Origin: a virus
IMG/VR virus record: IMGVR_UViG_3300029915_000731
Coordinates: 1-64,000 of that record
Length of the DNA stretch: 64,000 nucleotides
Strand: one strand, 5' to 3'
How positions within the stretch are numbered: the first letter of the stretch is position 1; each line of letters begins with the position of its first letter. The position numbers and the translations under genes are program-made. The notes under the pieces are model-generated. The model ran no database searches and had not been told where the DNA came from. It was given only the letters and a program-made list of their open reading frames with translations. Positions 34,120 through 44,704 of this stretch are shown piece after piece.

Positions 34120-34657
34120 CTAAGCAGCCGTCGCCGTCGCTTTTTTCAAGTAATACTTCTGCTTGGCCTCCCACTTCTTGCGGAGGGTGGTAGCACGCTT
34201 CTCACGGGTGAGGGCGGCCTTCAACATCTTCTGAACGTGTGCCAGTTTTGCATCCGGCGTCGGCTTGGACGCAACCCTCTTCGGTTTCACTTCGAGGGGG
34301 AGCTGCTCACCCCAAGCATAAATGGTACGGTAGGAGCCCACCCGGCGATACTGGGAGTTATTCCGCATGATGCCATGCCCAGCCCCACGGGTGTGAGCCA
34401 GTTCGTGAGCCACTACGTGAGCGAAGTCTATTCTATCAGGAGTGTGCTTCGACAACCGGACACACATAGTGTTGGAGTGGAGATAGGCGTGCCCCGAGCT
34501 GTAGCTGCTCCCATTGCGACGGGTGTACACCACCCGGACTCGGAGGGCGGGGGCTCCGCGCTTACAAAGGTCGGGGCGCTCGACACGAGCTGCCTGAAGT
34601 ACACGCCTTAATATGGTCGTCACGCCAGTGCGTCTTATTGGTCAGGATTATCTTCAT
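34120..34657 (-). CDS. Zn-metallopeptidase-like (HExxH) protein; 5' end appears frameshifted
   Basis: VAHELAHTRG..H; SD-supported ATG at 34657 is out of frame with the main ORF 34120..34623. Confidence 0.6.
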
Positions 34658-34910
34658 AGGGTCTAACTCCTTTGCTGTCTCCATTATACACGGGTGTACC
34701 CCTGAAAATTGGAAATGTTGTGAAAATTTGAAGTATCGAGGTTGAAAATAAAGGAGTTACACGAAAATTGTCGGGGGGTTGACACAGTGTTTATGCGGGG
34801 TTGAGAGGAGTAGTTTTGTAAAAAGTCAGGGTCAGCATATAGCTAACCCCTTTGTTTATAACGCTAAATTTAGGTCAAAATATTTTTAGTGTGGCACTCC
34901 TGTAACTGAC

Positions 34911-35135
34911 TTAGGTTACATCCTCGCAGTCGCAACCCTCGCCGCTGCCGTAAACCCGCAAACGGAGGATGTCGGGGGTGAGGCTACGTCCAAACACTTC
35001 CACCCCCTCCACCATATCAAACTCTTGGCGGGTGATAATTACTTCACCGCCCGAGCGGTTGATAAAGATTGCAAGCAACTGAAGTAGTGTATCAACGGAA
35101 TACTGTTCCTTCTCGTTCGTTTCAATCTCACCCAT
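34911..35135 (-). CDS. Hypothetical protein
   Basis: 74 aa, GAGGT SD. Confidence 0.55.
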   Translation of the reverse strand: MGEIETNEKEQYSVDTLLQLLAIFINRSGGEVIITRQEFDMVEGVEVFGRSLTPDILRLRVYGSGEGCDCEDVT

Positions 35136-35232
35136 GGCAGCACCTCTGGTAAAGGGTTGGAAAGAGGAAAAGATTACTTCATCAAAACGGTAGTACCAAT
35201 CATCCAGACTTTCAGTCCGGGATCGCAGCCCA

Positions 35233-35556
35233 TTACAAGATAATCTTCTTCACGTTGTCGGCAGCCTTTGCCGTCCGGTCAACATCGCTGCCGTTGGCAA
35301 TGACAATGGAGGGTTTTTCAACCGTCACTTGCTTTAACTGGCTAGTAGGAGTGAAGGTGATTGAGCTATCGGTTTCGATAAAGCACCCCAACTGAGCATA
35401 CTGTATCATCTTCTTCCGGATGAACTCGTGAATGTGTTCCGAGGGGACTGTGATATTCTCACAGACTTCCCCCCGGTCTTCGGTTAGTGTGATGACGAAA
35501 TGTAGATTAGTTTCCAAATTAACCTCCCGGCAAACATCGCTCTTGATGTAGTTCAA
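35233..35556 (-). CDS. Hypothetical protein
   Basis: 107 aa after GTATTAG motif. Confidence 0.55.
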   Translation of the reverse strand: MNYIKSDVCREVNLETNLHFVITLTEDRGEVCENITVPSEHIHEFIRKKMIQYAQLGCFIETDSSITFTPTSQLKQVTVEKPSIVIANGSDVDRTAKAADNVKKIIL

Positions 35557-35578
35557 TACCTAATACTAGGCAAAAACT

Positions 35579-37861
35579 TTAAAAACTACAAGCACCGCCC
35601 GCGCATGCGATGGTCTCTTGAATGGTCGTGTTGTCTTCTTCCTCGACCAACTCCTTGTAGTCTACATCGACGTACTCTCGCCTCAGATTACACCACAAAT
35701 GCCACATGCTCACTTCCTTCAAGCAGTAAGTCATCAACTTGGTATCGCCGTTGAAGTACCGCTCCGCGAACTGGTGGGCACGGCGAATCCAATCCTTCTG
35801 GGCGTAGTAAATTGTGAGTAGGGCGTCATTAAATTCTAGGTGCTCCTTGGATGCCCCATTCAATCGCGCTGGTACCTCAGAGAGCACGTTGACACCTGTC
35901 ACATAATCGCACGCCCCCCATAGGTTGTCATTGAAGGCGGCGAGGCCATCCACAATAAGTCCCGATGCCATCAAACTACCATCCCCATACTTCTTCACAA
36001 TCTCAGCGGGGGTGTGAACCGCCACAAATGGAGCTTGGGGGTAGTCCAAGTCACCCGTGTGCGACAGCAAAGAGACCCCAGCAAACATGTCGCGGTGTTC
36101 GAATATGTAGGCTTCAACCGCATCCCATTCGTCAGGCCGGACGTTGATGGTGTTGGACACATTGTGACGCAACCAAGGTTGGGTACACAATTCATCTACC
36201 TTACCTGCGGCCACCCAGTTACCTTGAGTTAGACGTACCAACTCAAGTAACTTGACAGCGTTGACTTCCTTCTTTGTCTGGGCACCTTCTGCGGTCTCAA
36301 TGCAAAACGAGATAATACCATCGGTGCCATTCTTGCTCCACACGCTTTTCTCTACCGCACGTGGATTCTTCTGCGAGAAGAACTGAAAGGGGGCTTCAAG
36401 CATATTGGCCTGTACGTGGCGGATATAACGCTTCGAGTGGTGGGCATGGATTCCGCTTGAAGTTCCAAGAATGCAGGAGGTTGATCCGGCGGGTTTCACG
36501 CAGGTGCAGCGTGCCGCTTGCCTGATGCCGATCTTAGCTGCGATTTCCTTGTTGGTTGCAACCACAAGAGCAGCAATCTCACGCTGGATTTCAGGGTTGA
36601 ATAGAATCTCTGGTGAATCCATCATACCTGTAATGGAAACCCCGATGAGAGCCTCGCGTTCGGCAATATGTTTCGTAGTTTCGCCCAGATATTCGAAGTC
36701 AGTGTAACCCGCCTGTGCAGTGCCGATAATAGCAGCGGCTCTGGCGGCGATTGCAAAGTCTTCCTTGGTCTTGCACTTCTTACCATTGATTTCGCAAAGA
36801 TTACAGAAGGCCCAACCAGACTCACCCGTGGTTACATCCACTGGATACATGCCGATCTCGACGCAGGGGTTGAACATCATCTCCAGTGAGTCTGACCACA
36901 CAAAACCGGGCTCACCAAAGTCATGGACAGACTTAATCAATTCATGAAACTGCTCACGAGTTGTGGTGGAACGAAGGAGCATGGCGGAGTTGTTGGAGCG
37001 ACCCCGCTGTGGGTTGGTGTAGTACCAATCTCCAGTCTTAGCCCCCAACATCAAAGGATCATCAGGAGAGAAAATACAAATAGTCGCGGAACGACGCACG
37101 CCGCCCGATAGCACGGCATCGGAGGCGTGCATCACCACGTCATAAGCGTCAATAGAACGCAGACGCCGCTGACCACGAGCTACGCACTCATCCAACAATT
37201 TGCGAATAGCTTCAAGGGACTTCTTCAATGGCTCTGGGCCGGGAGCCTTGCCAACGCCAGATGAAAGCTTAGACCCCTTCTCGCGGATGAGACTGTAGTT
37301 GAACTTCACTTCCTTACCCGCCCATTGAGGATAGTTTGGGTGTGGTAAATAGGTGGCCACCAAAACGCCAAGTGCATCAGCCCAACCTTCAATATCATCG
37401 GGAATAAAAAATTCTTCAATTGGAAATCCGCTATAAAATTCCCCAGTTTTTACACCATCATGGTGTGCCTGAATTTGTTCGGGAAGAAAGTCAGGAAGCT
37501 TTGCAATGTGGTGTTTTTGAACGGAGAACCCAACTCCGCTACCGCAGAGCAACAACCAGAGGGCTTCCTGAAAGAAACGTGGGCGGTCACAGTACGCAGT
37601 GCAACAGTTGTAAACCCGGGCATGTTTACGAAGCACTGGAGTACCCGCATACTGGAGAGCACGCTGACTGCCTAAAACTCGCTTAGCTTTGGCTTGTTCA
37701 AATGCCCAATCCAGCTCTTCCGCAATTTGCGGATAACGGCCTTGGTGCATGGTGAGGACACGGTTGTTGGCTTCCTGCCAAGTGTCGCGTCGTTTGAGTT
37801 GCGAATTGTAACGAGCGTACTTCGAGTGGAAAGTATAGTCTTGTAGAGCTTTGATTGACAT
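35579..37861 (-). CDS. nrdJ: Class II (B12-dependent) ribonucleotide reductase
   Basis: YNC, GSGVGFSV, GGVRRSA, NPCVEI, CNLCE, CVKPAGSTS, C-terminal CAGGAC; no beta subunit nearby. Confidence 0.9.
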   Translation of the reverse strand: MSIKALQDYTFHSKYARYNSQLKRRDTWQEANNRVLTMHQGRYPQIAEELDWAFEQAKAKRVLGSQRALQYAGTPVLRKHARVYNCCTAYCDRPRFFQEALWLLLCGSGVGFSVQKHHIAKLPDFLPEQIQAHHDGVKTGEFYSGFPIEEFFIPDDIEGWADALGVLVATYLPHPNYPQWAGKEVKFNYSLIREKGSKLSSGVGKAPGPEPLKKSLEAIRKLLDECVARGQRRLRSIDAYDVVMHASDAVLSGGVRRSATICIFSPDDPLMLGAKTGDWYYTNPQRGRSNNSAMLLRSTTTREQFHELIKSVHDFGEPGFVWSDSLEMMFNPCVEIGMYPVDVTTGESGWAFCNLCEINGKKCKTKEDFAIAARAAAIIGTAQAGYTDFEYLGETTKHIAEREALIGVSITGMMDSPEILFNPEIQREIAALVVATNKEIAAKIGIRQAARCTCVKPAGSTSCILGTSSGIHAHHSKRYIRHVQANMLEAPFQFFSQKNPRAVEKSVWSKNGTDGIISFCIETAEGAQTKKEVNAVKLLELVRLTQGNWVAAGKVDELCTQPWLRHNVSNTINVRPDEWDAVEAYIFEHRDMFAGVSLLSHTGDLDYPQAPFVAVHTPAEIVKKYGDGSLMASGLIVDGLAAFNDNLWGACDYVTGVNVLSEVPARLNGASKEHLEFNDALLTIYYAQKDWIRRAHQFAERYFNGDTKLMTYCLKEVSMWHLWCNLRREYVDVDYKELVEEEDNTTIQETIACAGGACSF

Positions 37862-38065
37862 CGGTGTTTGGGTTCCTATGATTTGATTAATACTGCGAGG
37901 TGGTTCTGGTCGCGTAATTAGATTTTGGTATTGGAAAGTCGGAGTAACTGGTGGTTCGAGCCCCGAACCACCATTTTTGCAGCACCGATGATGAAATTCA
38001 GATTGCAGTTTAGTTGCAGGGGAGTAATTTTTTCAGTACCACTGAGGTTTCTATTTAGAGGATAC

Positions 38066-39055
38066 TTAGTCCTTCTCATACTTGAGGTTGGCAAGGTTGT
38101 AGTAATCGCGAGTGTCACACATTTCTTTCACTCGGCGATAGATTGGTTCTCCAAAGGCTTCTTCAAATTCACCGACGGTGAGGTTGCTTGAGAGAATAAG
38201 GGTGCCCTCGTTCTCATAGACACCGTCAATGACATCGAACAACTTATCAAGACGAAACTTACTCGCCTTCAGCTTGTCAATCTCCTCCAGAATTACGACA
38301 GGTTTAACACCATACTTCTTGCGGAGGTGATTCAATTTCGGTTTGGTGACATCAGGCTCAGGGGCTGTATTGTCTGTGGACTTGGTCTGGAATTGTTCGA
38401 GCAAGTTCTGTGCGTCCACCCGCCAGATAAACTTGACGTTTTCCTTGAATGGGTCACGAAGAGACTCCACGTTCTCTTCGAGAGCATGACGGTAGAGCGC
38501 AGTGATAAACGTGGTTTTACTTGACCCTGCAGGACCGACAAAAAAATAACTCTTGAGTGAGTTTTTGCGGAGGTGTTCGATTTCGTTATCCTGCAACGCC
38601 AAGCGGAGTTCCAACCCTTTGCTGCTGTTGTCCTTCCCGCCCAAGGTAGAAAGTACGTCGGCTTCGAGGGTGTCCAAATCGGTGTTACGGTAGCGAGGCG
38701 GCAGCTCATTGTCCAGCAGCTTATGCAGGAACACCCAATTGCGGCACTCACACTCCACGAAGAATGTGCGCTGAAGCCCTGTGTCCAACCCAACCTCGCG
38801 GGTCTTCACACGATGGTTATTCTCGCCCTTGCAGACAGGACAAACCTTCTCCCCCTTAGCTATTTCGTAGCCCGTAGGTTTGGACACAGTGAGTTCGACC
38901 TCACCCAACTCTCTCCATACCCCATCCCGTGAAATCAGGATGCGTTGCCAATGCTTTTCTAGTGAGTTGAGAGCCATCAACTCGGGGTAGGGTAGTTCTT
39001 TTATTTGCTCCGGGGTTAGAGGAAGTTTAAGTCGGTTTTTCTTGTTGTCTTTCAT
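38066..39055 (-). CDS. DnaC/IstB-like AAA+ helicase loader
   Basis: CPVC..CEC Zn motif, PPRY, GPAGSSKT, ILEEID, SSNL, IYRR. Confidence 0.85.
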   Translation of the reverse strand: MKDNKKNRLKLPLTPEQIKELPYPELMALNSLEKHWQRILISRDGVWRELGEVELTVSKPTGYEIAKGEKVCPVCKGENNHRVKTREVGLDTGLQRTFFVECECRNWVFLHKLLDNELPPRYRNTDLDTLEADVLSTLGGKDNSSKGLELRLALQDNEIEHLRKNSLKSYFFVGPAGSSKTTFITALYRHALEENVESLRDPFKENVKFIWRVDAQNLLEQFQTKSTDNTAPEPDVTKPKLNHLRKKYGVKPVVILEEIDKLKASKFRLDKLFDVIDGVYENEGTLILSSNLTVGEFEEAFGEPIYRRVKEMCDTRDYYNLANLKYEKD

Positions 39056-39058
39056 GTG

Positions 39059-39580
39059 CTACTCCTGTTTTTGTGCGGCCATGGCTTTCTTGGCAGCTCT
39101 TTCCGCTCGAACCCGCTTAGCGGTCTCAATCCAATCGTCGCCGAGTTGATGTTGCGGTTTATTAACCTCGGCAACCGGCGAGTAGTTGTCGGAGGTTGGG
39201 GTTGCGTTCACCTTACGGGCTCGGATATCCTCCTTGCGTTTCTTGGCGGCATACTCACTGCCAAGCTTGGCGAACTCATCGGTGAAGCGGTGGAATGGGC
39301 TAGTATAGCCATCCTTTGCGTACCACTCCATCAAGCGGCTGACCCAGTAGATGCGCTCACAGAGCGCATAGTCGATAACCCCGTTCAACTCATCTTCCGA
39401 CCAGTCTTTCAACATGTTCAGAAAAAATAATTTCCAACTTGATATCACGGTAAGCGGCTCAGCTATAACTTTTGGGTCTTTCCCACTCAACTCCCAAAAC
39501 TTACGGGAGAGTCGGGCGGCGGCTTTGCGTTGCTCCAGCGGAAATTCCTTGATAGCTTCGATGGGAGGTTTGTAGGCCAT
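39059..39580 (-). CDS. Hypothetical replication-module protein
   Basis: Coupled (TGATG) to the upstream initiator-like gene. Confidence 0.7.
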   Translation of the reverse strand: MAYKPPIEAIKEFPLEQRKAAARLSRKFWELSGKDPKVIAEPLTVISSWKLFFLNMLKDWSEDELNGVIDYALCERIYWVSRLMEWYAKDGYTSPFHRFTDEFAKLGSEYAAKKRKEDIRARKVNATPTSDNYSPVAEVNKPQHQLGDDWIETAKRVRAERAAKKAMAAQKQE

Positions 39581-40161
39581 CAGTCATCCCCCTCTTCAGC
39601 GAAAGCGAGGTCTGCCCGTTCTGAAAGCGAGAGCGAGGTTGAGGAGCCCTCTCCCAAGCCAGAACCAAAGCCAAGACCCTCTCCAAAGCCAAAGCCAAAG
39701 CCATGGTCGCCCTCTGCTACCTCTTTGCTACCCTGAGGGTACCCTTCTGTTAACCCAATCCCAGATACAATATCACCCGCAAGGAACTGCTTGAGTAACA
39801 AGCGGGGAACTGGCTCCCCCATTTTCTCTTTTTCTTTGCGGCTGGGAGCGGGCAGTCTACCCGGTTTATCCATACCTACCCAATGACCCCACACTTTACC
39901 GTCTGTGCCAATCCAACGGAAGAGTAACTTGACACGTTCGTAGTCTTTCAACATATTCTCCACGTCAGTTACTTTGTAGGAAGGCCGATTATAGCTGTAT
40001 ACGATTGACCATATCCGTTTGGGGTTACATTCAAACGTGCCATTGGCGTATGCAAGTGGGATGAGGTTGGCAAACTCCGCCCTGAATTTCTCAGGTTGGA
40101 CTTCAGCCAATTTGTCGGAACGCCATAGCGACTCCCCATCAACAATTCTCTTAGGCATCAA
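39580..40161 (-). CDS. Putative replication initiator with Gly-x linker
   Basis: MPKRIVDGESLWRSDKL N-terminus, GFGFGFGEG tail, between helicase and loader. Confidence 0.6.
   Translation of the reverse strand: MMPKRIVDGESLWRSDKLAEVQPEKFRAEFANLIPLAYANGTFECNPKRIWSIVYSYNRPSYKVTDVENMLKDYERVKLLFRWIGTDGKVWGHWVGMDKPGRLPAPSRKEKEKMGEPVPRLLLKQFLAGDIVSGIGLTEGYPQGSKEVAEGDHGFGFGFGEGLGFGSGLGEGSSTSLSLSERADLAFAEEGDD
39705..39756. repeat. 11-bp-phased GSTACCC iterons inside initiator gene
   Basis: GCTACCT 39716, GCTACCC 39727, GGTACCC 39738. Confidence 0.6.
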
Positions 40162-40174
40162 ACCCTCTTCTCGT

Positions 40175-40203
40175 GGTACCCGTAGGCTACCCTGCTGCTA
40201 CCC
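40175..40203. repeat. 11-bp-phased GSTACCC iterons upstream of initiator
   Basis: GGTACCC 40175, GCTACCC 40186, GCTACCC 40197. Confidence 0.7.
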
Positions 40204-40212
40204 TAATACTCA

Positions 40213-41715
40213 CTATTCAATGTAACCGTCTGTTGGGTACAGCAGATAGTTGGCCTCACTGTCTGTCATGTTGCTCGTGATATTCTCAGAAGAGACCTTG
40301 ATAGTAGTGCCTTTGTCACAGATATACCCCAAAGTTTCGTTCAACTCCACCTTGTGTGCAGCGAATAACGGGCCACCACGAGCCTTCATGCACCGGAGCA
40401 TCAGGTTAGGCGGGGTTACCTCTTTAAGGTTGTCTCCCTCGAACCACACTGATATCACCATGTCCATATCTTGTGCGGCCTGCGTGTACCAGTCGATGGC
40501 ACCAAGAGATTGGTACTCACCGATTTTATCCCCCTCCTGTTTCGCCGCCTCGTCATGTCCCTTCTTGTTTGCTTGTAGTGGGGTGACGATGACCAACCCA
40601 GACTTATCGTTACGGATACCGTTACGGGTCAACATTTGGGCTTTACGGAAATCCTTTTTGTGCTCTTCTACCTCATCTCGGCCTTTTACCATTAAGTGGG
40701 TAAAGTAGTCGATGGCGAGAACGTCGTAGTCCACTTGGTCTACCGTGGCTTGCATGTACTCTTCAATTTCACCCCAACTCTCTAACGGCTCAACAATAAT
40801 TTTACCTTGGAGAAGTGTTCCATTCTTCAGGTCACGTATTACTTTCTTCATGTTGGTGTCAAACTTCGGATCGAGAGTGCTGCCCGCCTCAATCCATTTG
40901 ACACGACTGCACAACTCAAGCTCTGGGAAGTTTGAGGCATGGAGATATGCTAGTTGCATATACGCTTCATCCACGGAGACTTCTCGGGGGACAAGCAGTA
41001 CATTCTTCCCGGACATGGCCATGTTGTAAATGAGAGACAGCAGTAAGAGCGACTTTCCATGGTTGGTGTAACCGAGGATGCCAATCCAGCGATTGGGCTG
41101 GCGGCGTCCTATGACACAGGTATCAATAGTGCCAAACTTCGTAAAGATGCGAGAACTATCAGAGAGTATATAACTGTCGAAAATATTTTGGATATGGTCG
41201 GCGTTGGTTTTCAGGTCACCGGAGATCACCTTCGGGCCTTTGATGACCATCTTTTCCTTTTCTTCGTGTAAATATTGTTCAGCAGCTAGCTTACCTTTCT
41301 CCTTTGTCTTCGGGTGCTCCATACCCCCAGAGACAATTTGAGCCGCCACCATATAGGCGTTGGAGCTGTGCGCCTCAAGTCCTTGCTGGTAGACAGCCTC
41401 CATCAGGATAGCGACCTCCCCTACCGGGGTTTTGTCGGACTGAAGTTCAGTAATTTCCTCCTCAATTATTTTTCCCTTCTGTTCGAAGTATTCTTTCTTA
41501 TCGAAGTTGCTCTGAACAAACTGGAGTAGGGAGACTAGGGTATCGGGGCACTTCCCAAGCCGTTGGTCATAGTAGAGGATGGAACGCATGGTGTCTGCAA
41601 AGGGTTCATCTCGAAGGTGCTTATAGGCGTATTCGAGAAATTTTCGGTCACGGGTTAAAGTCTCATGTGGGTTGTCGCGAATCAAAGCTTGTATAAGTAG
41701 ACCTATTTCATTCAT
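40213..41715 (-). CDS. dnaB: DnaB-like replicative helicase
   Basis: GYTNHGKS, IDY, PLQANK, QDMD, MKARGG. Confidence 0.8.
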   Translation of the reverse strand: MNEIGLLIQALIRDNPHETLTRDRKFLEYAYKHLRDEPFADTMRSILYYDQRLGKCPDTLVSLLQFVQSNFDKKEYFEQKGKIIEEEITELQSDKTPVGEVAILMEAVYQQGLEAHSSNAYMVAAQIVSGGMEHPKTKEKGKLAAEQYLHEEKEKMVIKGPKVISGDLKTNADHIQNIFDSYILSDSSRIFTKFGTIDTCVIGRRQPNRWIGILGYTNHGKSLLLLSLIYNMAMSGKNVLLVPREVSVDEAYMQLAYLHASNFPELELCSRVKWIEAGSTLDPKFDTNMKKVIRDLKNGTLLQGKIIVEPLESWGEIEEYMQATVDQVDYDVLAIDYFTHLMVKGRDEVEEHKKDFRKAQMLTRNGIRNDKSGLVIVTPLQANKKGHDEAAKQEGDKIGEYQSLGAIDWYTQAAQDMDMVISVWFEGDNLKEVTPPNLMLRCMKARGGPLFAAHKVELNETLGYICDKGTTIKVSSENITSNMTDSEANYLLYPTDGYIE

Positions 41716-41866
41716 ACCGTCCTAATACCCCTTCATTGGGCAACCCGCCCGATTTTTAATCCCCGTTCCACTGACTTTCCAAAGTATTGATAGGTAGGCG
41801 AGGAAGTGATGTGCGTCTTAATCTCTTTGTCGGCTGAAGAGAGGGAGTTCAAGACGGGGGAGAAGT

Positions 41867-42349
41867 ATGGGTAATATCGAAGTTAAACTCTTACATTACA
41901 CCTTCACTTTTCGAAGATTAAAATGGAGAGAAGAGTTCGCTATCAAGCAGATTCCCTTGAAAGACCCGATACGGGTCTATCTCGCTCACGCCCTGAACGA
42001 GGTGTCCGGGCTCAAACCTAAAGACTTCCTAGAGGCTATGCGGGTCATAGACGCTGTTCCTAAGGCCATCATCAACCGGGTCTGGAAGATTTACAAAGGG
42101 GGGTTTCCCGCCTCCCGCCGCTTCCTTACTGGGGGTCTGTACAGCGCACCAGATACCCGAGTTTTCATGGGTAGGGTAGCAGAGGATAGTGGAGGTAAGA
42201 AGGCTAACGACGCCCACGCTTCAGCGATGTCGGCCATGGAGGCGAAGTACACGGAGGAGGAGTTAAGAACTGAGCGGGAGAATGATAGGAAGATTTTTGA
42301 TGCCATAAAAAAACGTGACGGTCTCATAAAGGCTACCCAAAATGAATAA
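41867..42349 (+). CDS. Hypothetical protein, tail module
   Basis: First gene after strand switch; GGAG SD. Confidence 0.7.
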   Translation: MGNIEVKLLHYTFTFRRLKWREEFAIKQIPLKDPIRVYLAHALNEVSGLKPKDFLEAMRVIDAVPKAIINRVWKIYKGGFPASRRFLTGGLYSAPDTRVFMGRVAEDSGGKKANDAHASAMSAMEAKYTEEELRTERENDRKIFDAIKKRDGLIKATQNE

Positions 42350-43412
42350 GACAGCCCTGAACTTACCCTCCGGGGTAGACCTAATGATGAGAATTAACGA
42401 CGGGTTGGCCGTCAAGGCTCCCACTGAGTACGTTCAGAAAATCAAAGCCGAAGTTACCGACGCTTGTGATGAGCTACTTGATTTTGGGGCGAGGATTCGT
42501 CCTCTCATTGTAGATAAGACACAGATTGGGTGGGTGCGTGGATTCCATGGTAGTGAACGCCGCATACTGAATCGGTGGGTTTATAGTTCGAATGACTACA
42601 TTGCCAAGTCACTAGCCATCACCACAACTTTAACGACGGAGGAGATTGAAGACCTCACCGCCTTAGAGATAAAGAACCTTGTAGAGTTGGTACGGAACAT
42701 GACCGACTACGACTTCTCTCTCTACCCATATTTGTCAGCGTTCTCCACCACCTCAGCGTCGGAGAACCTGTGGAACGGGAAGGGGGGTCAAATAGCTTCA
42801 TTTGAAAATCGTAAGGTTGAGATGCCAGACGGCAAGGTAATGACCATCATGGCTCCTTCTGACCACGCTCGGTTATGGTCTACCTTATGTGTTTACCGGG
42901 AGCAAGCTAAGCGTCGGCTGGATGCCAATTTCAATGCGGTACTTATTATCCGCCCATGGGCAGGGAAAAGTGTAGACCCCCTTAACGCGGAACTGAAGGG
43001 CATCGCAAGGCAGCTCCGTTCCGACAGTATGGAAGCGTGGGAGAACCTCATCACCGTAGAAGATAAGCGAAACCTTGATGACGGTTGGGCCCACCCAGAC
43101 AACCTCGATACCCGAGAAGGTATGTTGAAGGAACTCCATGGGATGCTGAATAACGACAAGCACGAGCAGTTGATGGGTGAATTCTACCGCAAGCAAGTAG
43201 AAGAGGCTGAGGCTCAGAAGCGGCAGATAGAGGAGTCAGTGAATCGGCGTGGAGGGATAGGTATCAACGAAGAGACAATAGTGGTGGAGACAGAGGAGGC
43301 AGTTTTACAACGGGAGCGTGACCTCAAACAGGGGCGGGTGAACATCCCTGTCAACCGCGACACGGAGAAGTCCACCAACCCGAGAGATAGGATGAATCGG
43401 TATAACACCTAA
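42342..43412 (+). CDS. Hypothetical protein, tail module
   Basis: 356-aa ORF. Confidence 0.75.
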   Translation: MNKTALNLPSGVDLMMRINDGLAVKAPTEYVQKIKAEVTDACDELLDFGARIRPLIVDKTQIGWVRGFHGSERRILNRWVYSSNDYIAKSLAITTTLTTEEIEDLTALEIKNLVELVRNMTDYDFSLYPYLSAFSTTSASENLWNGKGGQIASFENRKVEMPDGKVMTIMAPSDHARLWSTLCVYREQAKRRLDANFNAVLIIRPWAGKSVDPLNAELKGIARQLRSDSMEAWENLITVEDKRNLDDGWAHPDNLDTREGMLKELHGMLNNDKHEQLMGEFYRKQVEEAEAQKRQIEESVNRRGGIGINEETIVVETEEAVLQRERDLKQGRVNIPVNRDTEKSTNPRDRMNRYNT

Positions 43413-43419
43413 CCATTAG

Positions 43420-44004
43420 CTAGTCGGGCAAGGGTAGCGGCTTCACCTTACGGACTTCCTCGGCGAGTTCTGGGTCTTCTATGCGATAGCTTATCCCACA
43501 AAGACACCCCCACCCACGCTCGGCTGCCCGCTCCCGCTCCCGACGATGGCGAATGGGAGGGAGGCATACGAAGAGGAGGTATCCAAGGCATAGAAAGCAA
43601 ATCATCATCACAGCAAGGTGGCCGAGTCCGATCTCTCCCGCACCAAGTCTTTGGCACCAAGCCTTCTCGGTTAAGCCGGTTGAGTCCCCATGGGGCATGT
43701 GCCGGTGGGCGTAGCCGATCCATAAAGCCCATGAAACCCCCACCCCGATAGACCCTAAAACTGTGTAAAACGGAGCTTTAAAAAATAGTATTACGGTGAA
43801 CAAGACGATGAGCCAAGTGAGGACGGCATCGCCGCTGACCGCCGCGCCAGTGAATAGCAGGTAGAAGGGGTAGCAAAGGAGGGCGAGAATCGCCGCCAAG
43901 AGCAGCAATACGCCCACAACCACGTCGGCAGCGATCTGGACGGGTTTTGTGATAATGTCTAAGGCTCCGAAGACTCTCTGCTGCACTTCCCGCTCGTTGC
44001 TCAT
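43420..44004 (-). CDS. Multi-pass membrane protein (moron-like)
   Basis: About four hydrophobic segments; GGAGG SD; own promoter; antisense to tail operon. Confidence 0.7.
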   Translation of the reverse strand: MSNEREVQQRVFGALDIITKPVQIAADVVVGVLLLLAAILALLCYPFYLLFTGAAVSGDAVLTWLIVLFTVILFFKAPFYTVLGSIGVGVSWALWIGYAHRHMPHGDSTGLTEKAWCQRLGAGEIGLGHLAVMMICFLCLGYLLFVCLPPIRHRRERERAAERGWGCLCGISYRIEDPELAEEVRKVKPLPLPD

Positions 44005-44020
44005 AATTACCTCCACTTTT

Positions 44021-44050
44021 AGTATACCAGCCGTTCCGTGGAATTGTCTA
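44021..44050 (-). promoter_or_regulatory. sigma70-type promoter
   Basis: TAGACA-N18-TATACT. Confidence 0.65.
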
Positions 44051-44700
44051 GTTTTTTTGTTTTTGCTAGTGATTTTAAGTTTGTAAAGTTGTCAACTATT
44101 CTTAGAGAGGTGTTTATGGAAGGGTCACCAGTAGATATTGAGCAACCCCAATCGCTTGAAGACGTTATTGCGGGGCTGCGCGGATTCGGTATTGAAGAGA
44201 ACGAGGAGATTCTGACGTTCGTAGGTAAGGACGGCAAAGCGGTACGCCTCCGCATCACCAACCTACCTACCGACGATGAGATTAAGGCGTTAATAGTTTG
44301 TGATGAATATAAAGGGTATGCGTGGGTGCAGCGGATTCGAGTTGAGGTGTTATCTCATTCAATCTCTTGGATTAACGGCTTCGATATCCGTAGTCTTACC
44401 GGGGCTGACCGCTTCATTGTAGACCCCACAGATGGCGTGAAAAAGGATGTTCAGGTTGTCCTTCGAAACATCCTCATGGGTTGGGGGGAGCAGCTCCTGA
44501 CCACCCTCTGGAAAATTGCCATGGTTCACTCTGACAAGATTGAAAAGCGGTACCAAGCGGATTTCCCTGACTCCACCATCATGACCGACGCCGAGCGACG
44601 TTTCATGGACACAGTCATTAAAGAACTGGAAGATCAAGGAAAGAACGTCATTCAAGACACTGTACAGAAAGTTTTTGAATCTGAAGCCCCTGAGGAGTAA
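44038..44700 (+). CDS. Probable tail assembly chaperone (likely start MEGSP)
   Basis: Immediately precedes tape measure; GAGGTG SD before internal ATG. Confidence 0.55.
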   Translation: MELSSFFVFASDFKFVKLSTILREVFMEGSPVDIEQPQSLEDVIAGLRGFGIEENEEILTFVGKDGKAVRLRITNLPTDDEIKALIVCDEYKGYAWVQRIRVEVLSHSISWINGFDIRSLTGADRFIVDPTDGVKKDVQVVLRNILMGWGEQLLTTLWKIAMVHSDKIEKRYQADFPDSTIMTDAERRFMDTVIKELEDQGKNVIQDTVQKVFESEAPEE

Positions 44701-44704
44701 CTAA

